Made by a program: the position numbers and the translations under genes
Part shown: positions 15,281 through 24,038 of the stretch, piece by piece
Layout: every line of letters begins with the position of its first letter
Numbering within the stretch: the first letter of the stretch is position 1
NCBI GenBank assembly: GCA_964577555.1
Contig: CAZNZM010000011.1
Location: 1 to 31,063 of the forward strand
From: an uncultured archaeon
Lineage (GTDB): Archaea > Iainarchaeota > Iainarchaeia > Iainarchaeales > Iainarchaeaceae
Direction of reading: 5' to 3'
Length of the DNA: 31,063 nucleotides
The notes under the pieces: model-generated
Seen by the model: only the letters and a program-made list of their open reading frames with translations
Databases searched by the model: none
What the model was told of the DNA's origin: nothing

Positions 15281-15691
15281 TCAAAGATGTTTTTTGTATT
15301 CTTTCTCCCATTTTTGCAATTCGTTAAAATCAGCCAATTTTGAACCGAAACTTAATTTTAACCCATCATTTTTGAACCTTGGAACAACATGAAAATGCAA
15401 ATGATGCACAACTTGCCCTGCAGCTTCTTTATTATTTTGGATTATATTAAAGCCATCCGCTTTAGTGGCCTTCATGGCTGCGGCACCTATTCTTTGGACT
15501 GTTTTAATAATTTCTGCAAGTTCCATTTCAGGAATATCTAACATAGTGGGATAGTGTTTTTTAGGTATTACCAAAGAATGTCCTTTGGAAGCTGGGTTTA
15601 TATCAAGAAAACTTAATGCAATTTCATCTTCATAAAGCTTAGTAGCAGGTATTTCGCCTTTAACTATTTTACAAAAAACGCAATTTTCCAT
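15281..15691 (-). CDS. HIT-family (histidine triad) nucleotide hydrolase/transferase
   Basis: Histidine triad HHLHFHVVP. N-terminal CVFCKI...GEIP motif typical of Hint-like proteins. 136 aa. Confidence 0.88.
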   Translation of the reverse strand: MENCVFCKIVKGEIPATKLYEDEIALSFLDINPASKGHSLVIPKKHYPTMLDIPEMELAEIIKTVQRIGAAAMKATKADGFNIIQNNKEAAGQVVHHLHFHVVPRFKNDGLKLSFGSKLADFNELQKWEKEYKKHL

Positions 15692-15712
15692 TTTATTATA
15701 TTTGCTGGATTT

Positions 15713-15720
15713 AATATAAA
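15713..15720 (-). promoter_or_regulatory. TATA-like box (TTTATATT) 21 nt upstream of the HIT gene ATG
   Basis: The minus strand reads TTTATATT, followed by 21 nt and then the ATG at 15691. Confidence 0.45.
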
Positions 15721-15906
15721 TAGTTTTTCTATTCCGCTATTTTCAAAAAATTACTTTTATTTGAAAATTAGTGTTTTTGACAATTTTAACTTAATTATAT
15801 CAATTAACTAAAATTTTTTTACGAGCCACTTTTAAACTTGACAAAAAATTAATTTTTATTTTTTTACAAACCAATACAATTTTTTTGACAAAGAATATTA
15901 GACGTT

Positions 15907-16461
15907 TTAATTGTTTTTCCTTGCTTTTTCATTTATTAAACTCACTTTATTAAGAAATTGTTTGAATGATTCTGCAAATTCTTCTTCAAGTTTTTTAGAA
16001 ATTTTTCCAGAACGCAAAAACGATGCTAACTCAAGCATAGTGTTCCTGTAATTTTCAAATCCTGGGCTTGCAAGCAGCTTGTGAAATGTTTCAAGTAAAT
16101 AAACAGCATCTTCATGACAACTTTCACTTGCCCAACTATTTTTGGAACATTCGACAAACATTTTCTCTATTTCTTCAACGTTTTTTGAAAGTTGAACAAA
16201 GTTTTCCTTTCCAATTTTTGTTATTTTGTATATTTTTCTTTTTCTGCCTTTATATTCTTCATGCTTTATTTCAATCAATCCATCTTTCTTAAGGGAACTG
16301 AGAGCCGGATATAATGAACCTGCTTTTGGTTTCCATAATCCCATGCTGTTTTTTTCAATTTTTTTCATTAATGAATAACCATGCAACGGTTCTTCTATAA
16401 GCGACTTGAGAATCAAATACTTTAATTCGCCTTTGAAAAAAAAATGAGGCTTTATCATCAT
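15907..16461 (-). CDS. padR: PadR-family transcriptional regulator
   Basis: Winged-helix pattern LKYLILKSLIEEPLHGYSLMKKIE...AGSLYPALSSLKKDGLIE...RKRKIYKITKIGKE. The start overlaps the stop of the upstream permease gene by 4 nt (ATGA). Confidence 0.85.
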   Translation of the reverse strand: MMIKPHFFFKGELKYLILKSLIEEPLHGYSLMKKIEKNSMGLWKPKAGSLYPALSSLKKDGLIEIKHEEYKGRKRKIYKITKIGKENFVQLSKNVEEIEKMFVECSKNSWASESCHEDAVYLLETFHKLLASPGFENYRNTMLELASFLRSGKISKKLEEEFAESFKQFLNKVSLINEKARKNN

Positions 16462-17687
16462 TCAGGTCCCCGCAATGCTTCCACAGGATCAAGAGATGCA
16501 GCTCTATTGGCCGGCAATGCTCCTGCAACCATTCCAATAATCATTGAAAAAAGCAATGAACCGACAATTAAAAACGGGTCTAATTCTACTATTAGTGCAA
16601 ACCCTGAAATATTTGCTACATATCCTATAAAAAATGCCAATACATAACCTATTATTACGCCTATGATTCCGCCTGCCAATCCTATAAAACCTGCTTCAAG
16701 AACAAATATTGAAAGCACAAGGTTGTTTGTTGCTCCGACAGCCTTCATTACTCCTATTTCTTTTGTCCTTTCCATGACTGCCATGAACATAGTGTTCATT
16801 ATTCCTATGCTGCCAACCAAAAGTGATATGCTTGCTATTCCAACCAAAAACAATTGAATTACTCCTAAAACTTGGCCTATTCTTTCAATTACTTGTTCGC
16901 TTGTAATTGTTTGGAATTCTTTTTGGTTTTTTCCGTAATCTTTTTCAAATATTTTGTCTATTTTTTCTTTTGCAACAGAAATGTCTTCCTTTTTTTTGAT
17001 TTTTATTAATGCAAATACTGGTTCAATGTTTGGAAATATTTCCTTGAATGTTTTTTTTGAGATAAATATGCTGTTGTTTGTGTTTGGGCCCCCTCCAAAA
17101 CTTGTACTGGTTTTCTTTGTAACACCAATTACTCTGAATGATTTGCCTTGTATTTCTATTCTATCCCTAAGCCTTATTTCTTTTGAAAATATGTCTTTTT
17201 GCACTGTTGGCCCTATTATCGCCACAAATCCATCGCTTGTTTGTATGTTTCTGCCTTCTTCTATTTCCAAAAAACCTATGTCTTCAAAACTTTCTGCTTC
17301 TTTTGAATCAGCTGCAAACACAGGTATTTTGGCAACATCTTTTCCGAATTTGACGGTTCCGTTGCCCGAAATTGGAGTGATTACACTTTCCACTTCAGGT
17401 ATTGCTTTTATTTTTTGAATTTGGCTGTCTTTCAACCCTGTTATGTTTGTTGCTACTCTTTGATTGTTGCCGCCACCTATAGATGCTGTGCCAGGCGCAA
17501 GAAATATTGTATTTGAACCAAGTTGTTCAAATTGTTTATTTACTGCATTATTTAAGCCGCTTCCAAGGGAAACAAGGGTTACAATGGCAGCTACTCCTAT
17601 TATTACACCTATTAGAGTAAGTGCACTGCGCAACCCTTGTCTTGAAAGATTTTTTAGTGACACTTGAGCTATTTCAATTATATTCAT
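16458..17687 (-). CDS. ABC transporter permease, MacB/FtsX type
   Basis: N-terminal TM LRSALTLIGVIIGVAAIVTLVSLG. A large extracytoplasmic domain of about 230 aa. C-terminal FtsX-like three-TM bundle (...ERTKEIGVMKAVGATNNLVLSIFVLEAGFIGLAGG...PANRAASLDPVEALR). Confidence 0.88.
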   Translation of the reverse strand: MNIIEIAQVSLKNLSRQGLRSALTLIGVIIGVAAIVTLVSLGSGLNNAVNKQFEQLGSNTIFLAPGTASIGGGNNQRVATNITGLKDSQIQKIKAIPEVESVITPISGNGTVKFGKDVAKIPVFAADSKEAESFEDIGFLEIEEGRNIQTSDGFVAIIGPTVQKDIFSKEIRLRDRIEIQGKSFRVIGVTKKTSTSFGGGPNTNNSIFISKKTFKEIFPNIEPVFALIKIKKKEDISVAKEKIDKIFEKDYGKNQKEFQTITSEQVIERIGQVLGVIQLFLVGIASISLLVGSIGIMNTMFMAVMERTKEIGVMKAVGATNNLVLSIFVLEAGFIGLAGGIIGVIIGYVLAFFIGYVANISGFALIVELDPFLIVGSLLFSMIIGMVAGALPANRAASLDPVEALRGPE

Positions 17688-17709
17688 GTTTTTGTAACCT
17701 CGTTACTAT

Positions 17710-18939
17710 TTATTGGTTGTTTTTCTTTTTTCTTATTACAAACCAATAGATTAATGCCAAAACAACTAATACTATTGCTATAAGTATTAGTGAAAATCCT
17801 TCGTTAGAATTTTTTGCTGCTTCTTCAGGAGTATATACTCTTACTTTAATCGTTTTTTCCACGCTTGAAACGTCTCCAAATTGATTTTTGTAAGTTATTT
17901 GCAGGTTAATGTTGTGTTCTCCGGGAGAAATATTTTTGTTTGCCAGAACTTCCATTTTTATCGTATCCGAATCGTCTGATTCCAATGAACCTATATAGAA
18001 TTCTCTGGTAATCATTGAATCAAAATCTGGCTTTACTTTTATATCCAAATATTTTGCAGCACCTAAACCTGAATTGAATACATTAATTGTTATTGCTGAT
18101 TTTTGGCCAGGCGATAACAAAGGTTTGATGTCTGTAATGCTGGCACCTATTTCAGCATTGCTTATGACTTTTAATCCCAAATATTGCGTATCAGACAATT
18201 TTGTTTTGTTAAAGTCAAAATAATCAATTTTGATTGGTATAAAATAGGCTTTTGACGGCGCATCGGGATTTATTAGAACTGGAATTTTGATTATTTTTGA
18301 TTCATTCGGTTCAAGCAATTGGATACTTGACGTTGCTGAACCCATTGGAACAATGTTTCTTTCTATTACGATTCCTGAAGAAGTCACAGTTCTGTCCTCA
18401 GTAATTCCAATATTTATATTATATGCAGTGCTGCTTCCTGTATTTTTCAAAGAAATAACTAAATCAGTTATTTTTCCAACTTCTGCAGAAATTGGTTCTG
18501 CTTTTTCTATAATTAGCAAAGGCTTTCTATTTTGAATACTGATTGAATAAGGCATTGACCTTTCTATAATTCCGTTTTCTCCTGTTTGGAGTTTTATTTT
18601 GTATGTTCCGTCAGGTGCCTGTGGATCAATTTTTAACCTTGATTTGACAATTGATGATTGGTTTGGTTTTATTGTTCCTATTTTTTTGATTTCAAGGTTT
18701 TCAGGAATAACATTGAATGGAAATTCCGAATTAGAATCATCTTGCTTTAAGTCAATTGAGAAAACCGTGTCTTTTGAATCAGTATTTGAATTGTTGTTTA
18801 TGTGAACAAAAATATCTATATATCCGCCAGGCATTGCAGGGGCTGGAGAATAACTTACTGTCCCGATAATTGGGTTTCCTGCAAAGGCTGTTGATGCCAA
18901 CGCCATTGCAAAAATTATTGTTATTAATTGATTTTTCAT
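17710..18939 (-). CDS. Surface-anchored protein with three Ig-like/CARDB-like repeats (COG1361 'S-layer domain'-like), with signal peptide and C-terminal TM anchor
   Basis: Signal peptide MKNQLITIIFAMALASTAFA. Three beta-sandwich-like repeats, each ending in a pattern such as APDGTYKIKL, APSKAYFIPIKI or SPGEHNINLQI. C-terminal anchor LILIAIVLVVLALIYWFVIRKKK. The start overlaps the ATPase stop by 4 nt (ATGA). Confidence 0.75.
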   Translation of the reverse strand: MKNQLITIIFAMALASTAFAGNPIIGTVSYSPAPAMPGGYIDIFVHINNNSNTDSKDTVFSIDLKQDDSNSEFPFNVIPENLEIKKIGTIKPNQSSIVKSRLKIDPQAPDGTYKIKLQTGENGIIERSMPYSISIQNRKPLLIIEKAEPISAEVGKITDLVISLKNTGSSTAYNINIGITEDRTVTSSGIVIERNIVPMGSATSSIQLLEPNESKIIKIPVLINPDAPSKAYFIPIKIDYFDFNKTKLSDTQYLGLKVISNAEIGASITDIKPLLSPGQKSAITINVFNSGLGAAKYLDIKVKPDFDSMITREFYIGSLESDDSDTIKMEVLANKNISPGEHNINLQITYKNQFGDVSSVEKTIKVRVYTPEEAAKNSNEGFSLILIAIVLVVLALIYWFVIRKKKNNQ

Positions 18940-19670
18940 TTATAGTCCCTCCTAATGAATTTTTTTGGTTTTTGTTTTGTTTCTTCTTTTTCTATTTGTC
19001 CATCTTTGATACGTATAATTCGTTCAGCCCTTTCGGCAACATAATTCTCGTGCGTGACAACCAATATTGTCTTGCCTTGTTCAGAGTGCAATTTGTCAAG
19101 AATTTCAAGTATTGTTGCTCCTGACTTTGAATCCAAGTTGCCTGTTGGTTCGTCTGCAACTATTATGTCAGGATTAACTGCCAAGGCTCTTGCAATCGCA
19201 ACTCTTTGCCTTTGCCCTCCGGAAAGTTCATATGGTTTGTGGTTCAATCTGTTGCCCAAACCTATGTCCGCAAGTATTTTTGAGGCAGTTTCAATTCTTT
19301 TTCTTTCAGGTATTCCTTGAAACCACATTGGAAGCATTACATTTTCAATTGCCGACAGCTTGTTTATTAATTCAAAGTTTTGGAATACAAAGCCTATTGT
19401 TTTGCCTCTTACAATCGCCAATTTTGAATCATTCATTTTTGATATGGGTTTACCACGTATAAATACTTCCCCTTTGGTTGGCCTTAGCAATGCGCTTAAC
19501 ACATCAAGCAAAGTTGTTTTTCCAGAACCGCTTGGCCCTGTTATTGAAACATATTCGCCATTATAAATTTTCAGGTTTATATCTCTAAGTGCTGTTATGT
19601 CGGTATCCCCCATTTTGTATATTTTATAAACACCTCTTGCTTCTATTATCGGAACTTTGTCAGTTTGCAT
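18936..19670 (-). CDS. ABC transporter ATP-binding protein, MacB/LolD-like
   Basis: Walker A GPSGSGKTT, signature LSGGQRQRVAIARAL, Walker B IIVADEPTGNLD, H-loop VVTHE. The ATG at 19670 (MQTDKVPIIE...) is preferred over the TTG at 19688. Confidence 0.92.
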   Translation of the reverse strand: MQTDKVPIIEARGVYKIYKMGDTDITALRDINLKIYNGEYVSITGPSGSGKTTLLDVLSALLRPTKGEVFIRGKPISKMNDSKLAIVRGKTIGFVFQNFELINKLSAIENVMLPMWFQGIPERKRIETASKILADIGLGNRLNHKPYELSGGQRQRVAIARALAVNPDIIVADEPTGNLDSKSGATILEILDKLHSEQGKTILVVTHENYVAERAERIIRIKDGQIEKEETKQKPKKFIRRDYK

Positions 19671-19723
19671 ATAAAACACAAAAAACAATATACAAGATTA
19701 GATATATAGGATAAGATATATTT

Positions 19724-19739
19724 AAAAACAAGTGTTTTT
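19724..19739. promoter_or_regulatory. 16-bp palindrome AAAAACA-AG-TGTTTTT between tRNA-Ser and the ABC operon (tRNA terminator hairpin and/or operator)
   Basis: Perfect 7-bp arms at 19724-19730 and 19733-19739. On the minus strand the hairpin ends in T5 and abuts or overlaps a TTTAAATA element. Confidence 0.4.
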
Positions 19740-19757
19740 GTTGATCTTGGATTAGTA

Positions 19758-19867
19758 CGCGGGGGACGAGATTCGAACTCGCGCTCCCTTTCGGGAACCT
19801 GGTGGCTTTTCCGCTTTAAAATAACAGAGCTCAAGCCAGGCGCATTTGACCTCTCTGCCACCCCCGC
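19758..19867 (-). tRNA. tRNA-Ser(UGA), class II, with a 26-nt intron at position 37/38
   Basis: Acceptor GCGGGGG/CCCCCGC, discriminator G, D stem GCA/TGC, anticodon stem CCTGG/CCAGG, loop CT-TGA-G|intron|A (anticodon 19831-19833, intron 19804-19829), variable arm TTCCCGAAAGGGAGC, T arm GCGAG-TTCGAAT-CTCGT. BHB-like: bulges AGC and CCA, a central helix CTT(G)/(A)AAG with one G.A mismatch, and a 6-bp inner helix. Confidence 0.88.
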
Positions 19868-19989
19868 TTTTAAAGATTATAAAATCTTCCAAAATTAAGG
19901 TTTTAAAGGTTAGCAATTGTTTTTTGTGTAAAATATTAAAAAAACTGTTTTTGTCCTTTGCTCAAAATTTTGAAAAAACCACATTATTA

Positions 19990-20643
19990 TCAAAGTATTT
20001 TTTTGAGTTCTTTTATTGCGCCACAAACCCCTTTTTTGTATTTGAATATAAATGAGCCAGCCACAAGTATTTCAGCCCCGGCTTGAACACACTTTTTTCC
20101 TGTTTCAAGATTAATGCCGCCATCCACTTCTATTTCGCAATTAGCCTCTATTTCGTCTATTTTTCTGCGCAATTTGGAAATTTTTTCCAATGAATTTCCT
20201 TGAAACTTTTGCCCGCCAAAACCGGCGTCAACACTCATAACCAAAGCCAAGTCAACATTATCCAATAAATCGTATATTTTTTCTGGCTGTGTTTTGCTGT
20301 TTATTGCAACACCCGGACTTAAACCTTCCATTCTTATTTTTTTTATTGTTTCTAAAGGGTTTTTTGCGGCTTCAACATGAAAAATCAATCTTTGCACTCC
20401 TTTTTCTGCAAATTCTTTTATGCGATTTTCTGGCTTTTCAACCATCAAATGGGCTTCAAAATAAATTTTTGTTCTCTTCCTCAACATGGAAATCAAATCA
20501 GCAGGAACTCCATTATTTGGAACAAATTTGTTGTCCATTATGTCCCATTGTATTATGTCAGCCCTTGCTTTTTCTATTTCAGGAAGCCATTCGACATGTT
20601 TTGAAAAATCCGCGTTAAGAACAGACACAGCTATTTTTGGCAT
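19990..20643 (-). CDS. rpe: Ribulose-phosphate 3-epimerase
   Basis: Motifs VSVLNADF, WDIMDNKFVPN, EAHLMV, MSVDAGFGGQKF, EVDGGIN, LVAGSFIF match the Rpe TIM-barrel family. Confidence 0.88.
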   Translation of the reverse strand: MPKIAVSVLNADFSKHVEWLPEIEKARADIIQWDIMDNKFVPNNGVPADLISMLRKRTKIYFEAHLMVEKPENRIKEFAEKGVQRLIFHVEAAKNPLETIKKIRMEGLSPGVAINSKTQPEKIYDLLDNVDLALVMSVDAGFGGQKFQGNSLEKISKLRRKIDEIEANCEIEVDGGINLETGKKCVQAGAEILVAGSFIFKYKKGVCGAIKELKKIL

Positions 20644-20789
20644 TAAATTAAATTTATTGGATGGATTATTAATGTTTTCCGGTTTTGCCGTTTGCAGAAA
20701 AATTATTTTTACTTATAAACCTGTTTGCTGATACAATACAATTAAATATTAAAATAAATTAAAATTAATAAAAAAAAACAGACAAAAAA

Positions 20790-21110
20790 ATGGTTGAAAT
20801 GAAACCCCCAAAAAAATTCAGGTTTTGAGTGCTTGGTTATATAAAGAGTAATAACAAGTCTCCCCCTAAAACATTTATAATAACTCATACAAATCCACAA
20901 ACAACTGAAGAAGCCAACGAAATGATAAAGGAATTCGCCGAGAAGAGTAGAAAACCTGGAATAAACACTAGGATAATTGTAATACATTTTAAAGATGGTG
21001 ATTTTGCTTTAGATTTGCGAGACTTAAACCATTTAGTTGAAATTTTGAATAAACACGGAGTTGAAATTAAACCTGGCAAAGAAAGGTTCCCAACAAAAAA
21101 GAAAAAATAA
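20790..21110 (+). pseudogene. Small A-rich ORF interrupted by an in-frame TGA (12-codon ATG-initiated leader plus 93-codon ORF); possible pseudogene or orphan
   Basis: The ATG at 20790 has a TATA-like TTAAAATT 23 nt upstream. An in-frame TGA lies at 20826-20828, and the ORF then continues to 21110 (…KTFIITHTNPQTTEEANEMIKEFAEKSRKPG…). I recognised no family. TTA-biased Leu codons are unlike the neighbouring genes. Confidence 0.3.
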
Positions 21111-21180
21111 TTTGTAAATTAATGGATTCAAAAACAATTCAAACTTAACAATAAAAACATATATGTTTTTTGTTTTTATC

Positions 21181-22584
21181 ATGGATGAAAAAATTGTTTT
21201 TTCGGAAAAATTGAATGGAGCCATACAAGTAGAGTTTATTTGGGAAGGTGAAAATAAGCCTGTTCAAAATCTTCCTGAAAATTTCATGGGAAAAAAGCTT
21301 GAAACTATTTATTTGCCTGACAAAAAAATATTTGTGGCCGGGCTTGGTAAGAGAGATGAGTTTAATGAGGACTATTATAGAAGGATTGCTGGCAAGGCTG
21401 TTAAAACCGCTTCTTATTACAAGGTTGAAAGCGTGTATTTTAACCTTAAAGAATTGAACGAGAGAAATTGTGTTCTTGTGGCTGAAGGCGCGTTGCTTGC
21501 GAATTATTCGTTTGACAAGTACAAGTCAGATGACTCGAAGTTTTTCAAAATAAAGCAAATTGTATTTCCTAAAAATGCTGAAAAATTCAAATCAGCAATT
21601 GATGCCAAGGCAATTGTATGTGAAAATACTTTGTTTGTAAGAGACCTTGTAAGCGATAATAGCGATGTGGTTACTCCTGATTTTCTTGAAGAAAAGGCTG
21701 TTGAGGTTTCCAAAAAACTCGGCTTGAAGTTTCGTGCCTTGCACAAGAAAGAATTGGAAAGCATTGGAATGAATTGTTTGCTTGCCGTGGGAAAAGCTTC
21801 AACCCAATCTCCAAGGTTGATTATTTTGGAGTATAATGGGGACAAGAATTCTAAAGACAGGTTTTTGTTTGTTGGAAAGGGAATTTGCTTTGATACTGGC
21901 GGATTGGATATAAAGCCGCGTGATTCAATGCTTGAAATGCGCATGGATATGGCTGGTGCCGCAACAGTGCTTGCGATTGTTAAAAGTGCAGCAGAGCTTG
22001 GTTTGAAAAAAAATATTGTTGGTTTGATGGCGGTTACGGAAAATTTGGTGGATGCCAATTCTTACAGGCCAAAAGATATAATCAAGTCATTTTCAGGAAA
22101 AACAATTGAAAATTTTGATACCGACGCTGAAGGCAGGCTCATATTGGCCGATGCCTTGAATTATGGCGTCAAGGAGTTTGATCCAAAAATTGTTGTTGAA
22201 TTGTCAACCCTAACTGGTTCAATCATAGGAACGCTTGGCCAACATTGCGCCGGCATGTTTGCAAATTCGCAAGCAACAAGTTTTAAAGAAAAAATGTTCA
22301 AAGCAGGCATGGAAACTTATGAGAGGGTTTGGGAGCTTCCTTTGTTTGAGGAATACCTTGATGAGACGATTGGTGAAAGATCAGATATAAGGTCTCTTGG
22401 CAAAACAAGATATAACGGAGCTATTTTTGGCGGGGCTTTTCTTTCAAAATTTGTTGAAAACAAGCCGTTCATACATCTTGATATTGCAGGCACCGCCCAC
22501 ATTGACGAACCAAAGGATTATGTTCCAAAAGATGGAACCGGTTTTGGAGTAAGGCTTTGCATAGAGTTTTTGAATAAGGTATAA
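21181..22584 (+). CDS. pepA: Leucyl aminopeptidase, M17 family
   Basis: VGKGICFDTGGLDIKP, MRMDMAGAA and the M17 signature NFDTDAEGRLILADAL. The ATG at 21181 (MDEKIVF...) is preferred over the upstream ATG at 21163. Confidence 0.9.
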   Translation: MDEKIVFSEKLNGAIQVEFIWEGENKPVQNLPENFMGKKLETIYLPDKKIFVAGLGKRDEFNEDYYRRIAGKAVKTASYYKVESVYFNLKELNERNCVLVAEGALLANYSFDKYKSDDSKFFKIKQIVFPKNAEKFKSAIDAKAIVCENTLFVRDLVSDNSDVVTPDFLEEKAVEVSKKLGLKFRALHKKELESIGMNCLLAVGKASTQSPRLIILEYNGDKNSKDRFLFVGKGICFDTGGLDIKPRDSMLEMRMDMAGAATVLAIVKSAAELGLKKNIVGLMAVTENLVDANSYRPKDIIKSFSGKTIENFDTDAEGRLILADALNYGVKEFDPKIVVELSTLTGSIIGTLGQHCAGMFANSQATSFKEKMFKAGMETYERVWELPLFEEYLDETIGERSDIRSLGKTRYNGAIFGGAFLSKFVENKPFIHLDIAGTAHIDEPKDYVPKDGTGFGVRLCIEFLNKV

Positions 22585-22619
22585 GATTCCAAAAAATATT
22601 CAAAATCTTTTTTGCATTT

Positions 22620-24038
22620 TTATAATCCTTGAACCATATTCTCTATTTTGTTGAACCATTCGCGTCCGTCTTTTTCAATCAATTCGTTAGCTTCTTTCGG
22701 ACCAAACGAACCTTTTTCATATACATGAATTGGTTTTTTCAATGATATTGCTTGGTCTATTAACCTCCATGATTCCTCAATTTCATCGGCTCGCATAAAG
22801 GCGCTTTGATCACCTTTAAGCACGTCAAGCAAAAGTGTTTCATATGCCTTTGGAGTATTTGGGCCAAAAGTGCATTCATGGCAAAAAGTCATTTTTACCG
22901 GCAAAATTTTATTTTTTTGTCCTGGCATTTTGCTGTTCAATTGCAATAAAATCCCGTCTTCAGGTTGTATTTGGATAAGAAGATAATTTGGTTTTATGTT
23001 TTGTCCTTCAAAAACGTTATAATCGGGCTCCTTGAATTGGATATAAATTGAAGAAAATTTTTTGGCAAGATTTTTTCCAGAACGAAGATAGAATGGCACT
23101 CCTTTCCATCGATTGTTGTTGATAAAAAGCTTTAATGCAAAAAAAGTATCTGTCTTGGAAAAAGGGTTAACTCCTTTTTCATCCAAATATCCTTGATATT
23201 GTCCTAACACTAAATCTTCTTTTTTTATTTTTGATATTGAACGCAACACCTTGACTTTTGAATCCCTGATGCATTTCTCGTCAAATCTTTTTGGTGGCTC
23301 CATAGCAATAAGTGCAAGCAATTGTAAAAGGTGGCTTTGGCCAACATCTTTCAATGAGCCTTCTTTATCATAAAATTCTCCTCTGGTTTCAACTCCAAAA
23401 TCTTCTATAAGATTTATCTGTACATGGTCTATGTTGTCTTTATTCCACAATGGAGCAAATATTCGATTGCATGCCCGCAAAACACTTATGCTTTGCACTA
23501 ATTCCTTGCCAAGATAATGATCTATCCTGTAAATCTGGTTTTCATCAAACGCTTTTGATATTTTGGAATTAAGGAGTCTCGCTGTTTTCAAGTCTTCGCC
23601 AAAAGGCTTTTCAAATACTACTCTGCACCAACCGTTTGTTTCAGCAAGCCTTTTTTCCTTCAAATTTTTGGCTATGTTTTCAAAGTGTTGCGGCAAAGTT
23701 GCAAGATAAAAAAGCCTATTTGAGGATAGTTTGGATTTCTTTTCAACGTCTTCAATGAAATCTTTCAAATCAATATAACCATGGCTGTCTTCAAAATCAA
23801 GCGAAAAGTAATGTATTTTACTGCTAAACGACCGCCAATTCTCCTCGCTAATTTTAATTTTTTCGCGAATACCTTCAACAAATTCTTCCCGACCTATTTT
23901 TCTTCTACCAACTCCTATAATGCAAAAATTTTCTCCAAATTCTTTTCTATGATAAAGCCCATACATTGCCGGAAAAAGCTTTTTTTGAGCAAGGTCCCCA
24001 GTGGAACCCATGATTATAAAAGAAAAATCATTTTGCAT
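22620..24038 (-). CDS. zwf: Glucose-6-phosphate 1-dehydrogenase
   Basis: N-terminal dinucleotide motif IIMGSTGDLAQKKLFPAMY, EKPFG, and active-site motif RIDHYLGKE. The start (ATG 24038) overlaps the end of pgl. Confidence 0.92.
   Translation of the reverse strand: MQNDFSFIIMGSTGDLAQKKLFPAMYGLYHRKEFGENFCIIGVGRRKIGREEFVEGIREKIKISEENWRSFSSKIHYFSLDFEDSHGYIDLKDFIEDVEKKSKLSSNRLFYLATLPQHFENIAKNLKEKRLAETNGWCRVVFEKPFGEDLKTARLLNSKISKAFDENQIYRIDHYLGKELVQSISVLRACNRIFAPLWNKDNIDHVQINLIEDFGVETRGEFYDKEGSLKDVGQSHLLQLLALIAMEPPKRFDEKCIRDSKVKVLRSISKIKKEDLVLGQYQGYLDEKGVNPFSKTDTFFALKLFINNNRWKGVPFYLRSGKNLAKKFSSIYIQFKEPDYNVFEGQNIKPNYLLIQIQPEDGILLQLNSKMPGQKNKILPVKMTFCHECTFGPNTPKAYETLLLDVLKGDQSAFMRADEIEESWRLIDQAISLKKPIHVYEKGSFGPKEANELIEKDGREWFNKIENMVQGL

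Noticed and set aside
15692-15906. A 215-bp gap between the HIT start and the PadR stop with three copies of TTGACAA. It could hold operator sites.
   Set aside because: The copies are not arranged as inverted repeats. They lie downstream of the PadR operon rather than at its promoter. In this base composition a 7-mer recurring three times is not compelling.
20548-20550. Rpe has Gln (CAA) where the family consensus HxD metal-ligand motif has His: IIQWDIMDNKF here, against VVHFDVMDNHY in E. coli.
   Set aside because: This is a single-residue difference judged from a remembered alignment. The other ligands (D34, the H of AHLMV, the D of EVDGG) are present. Calling the enzyme inactive or altered is not justified without a proper alignment.
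20826-20828. The in-frame TGA could indicate genome-wide stop-codon reassignment (UGA as a sense codon).
   Set aside because: alaS, leuS, the RSH gene, the permease and the ABC ATPase all terminate at TGA at positions consistent with full-length family members. None of the roughly 27 kb of conserved coding sequence needs an internal TGA. Any effect is therefore local.
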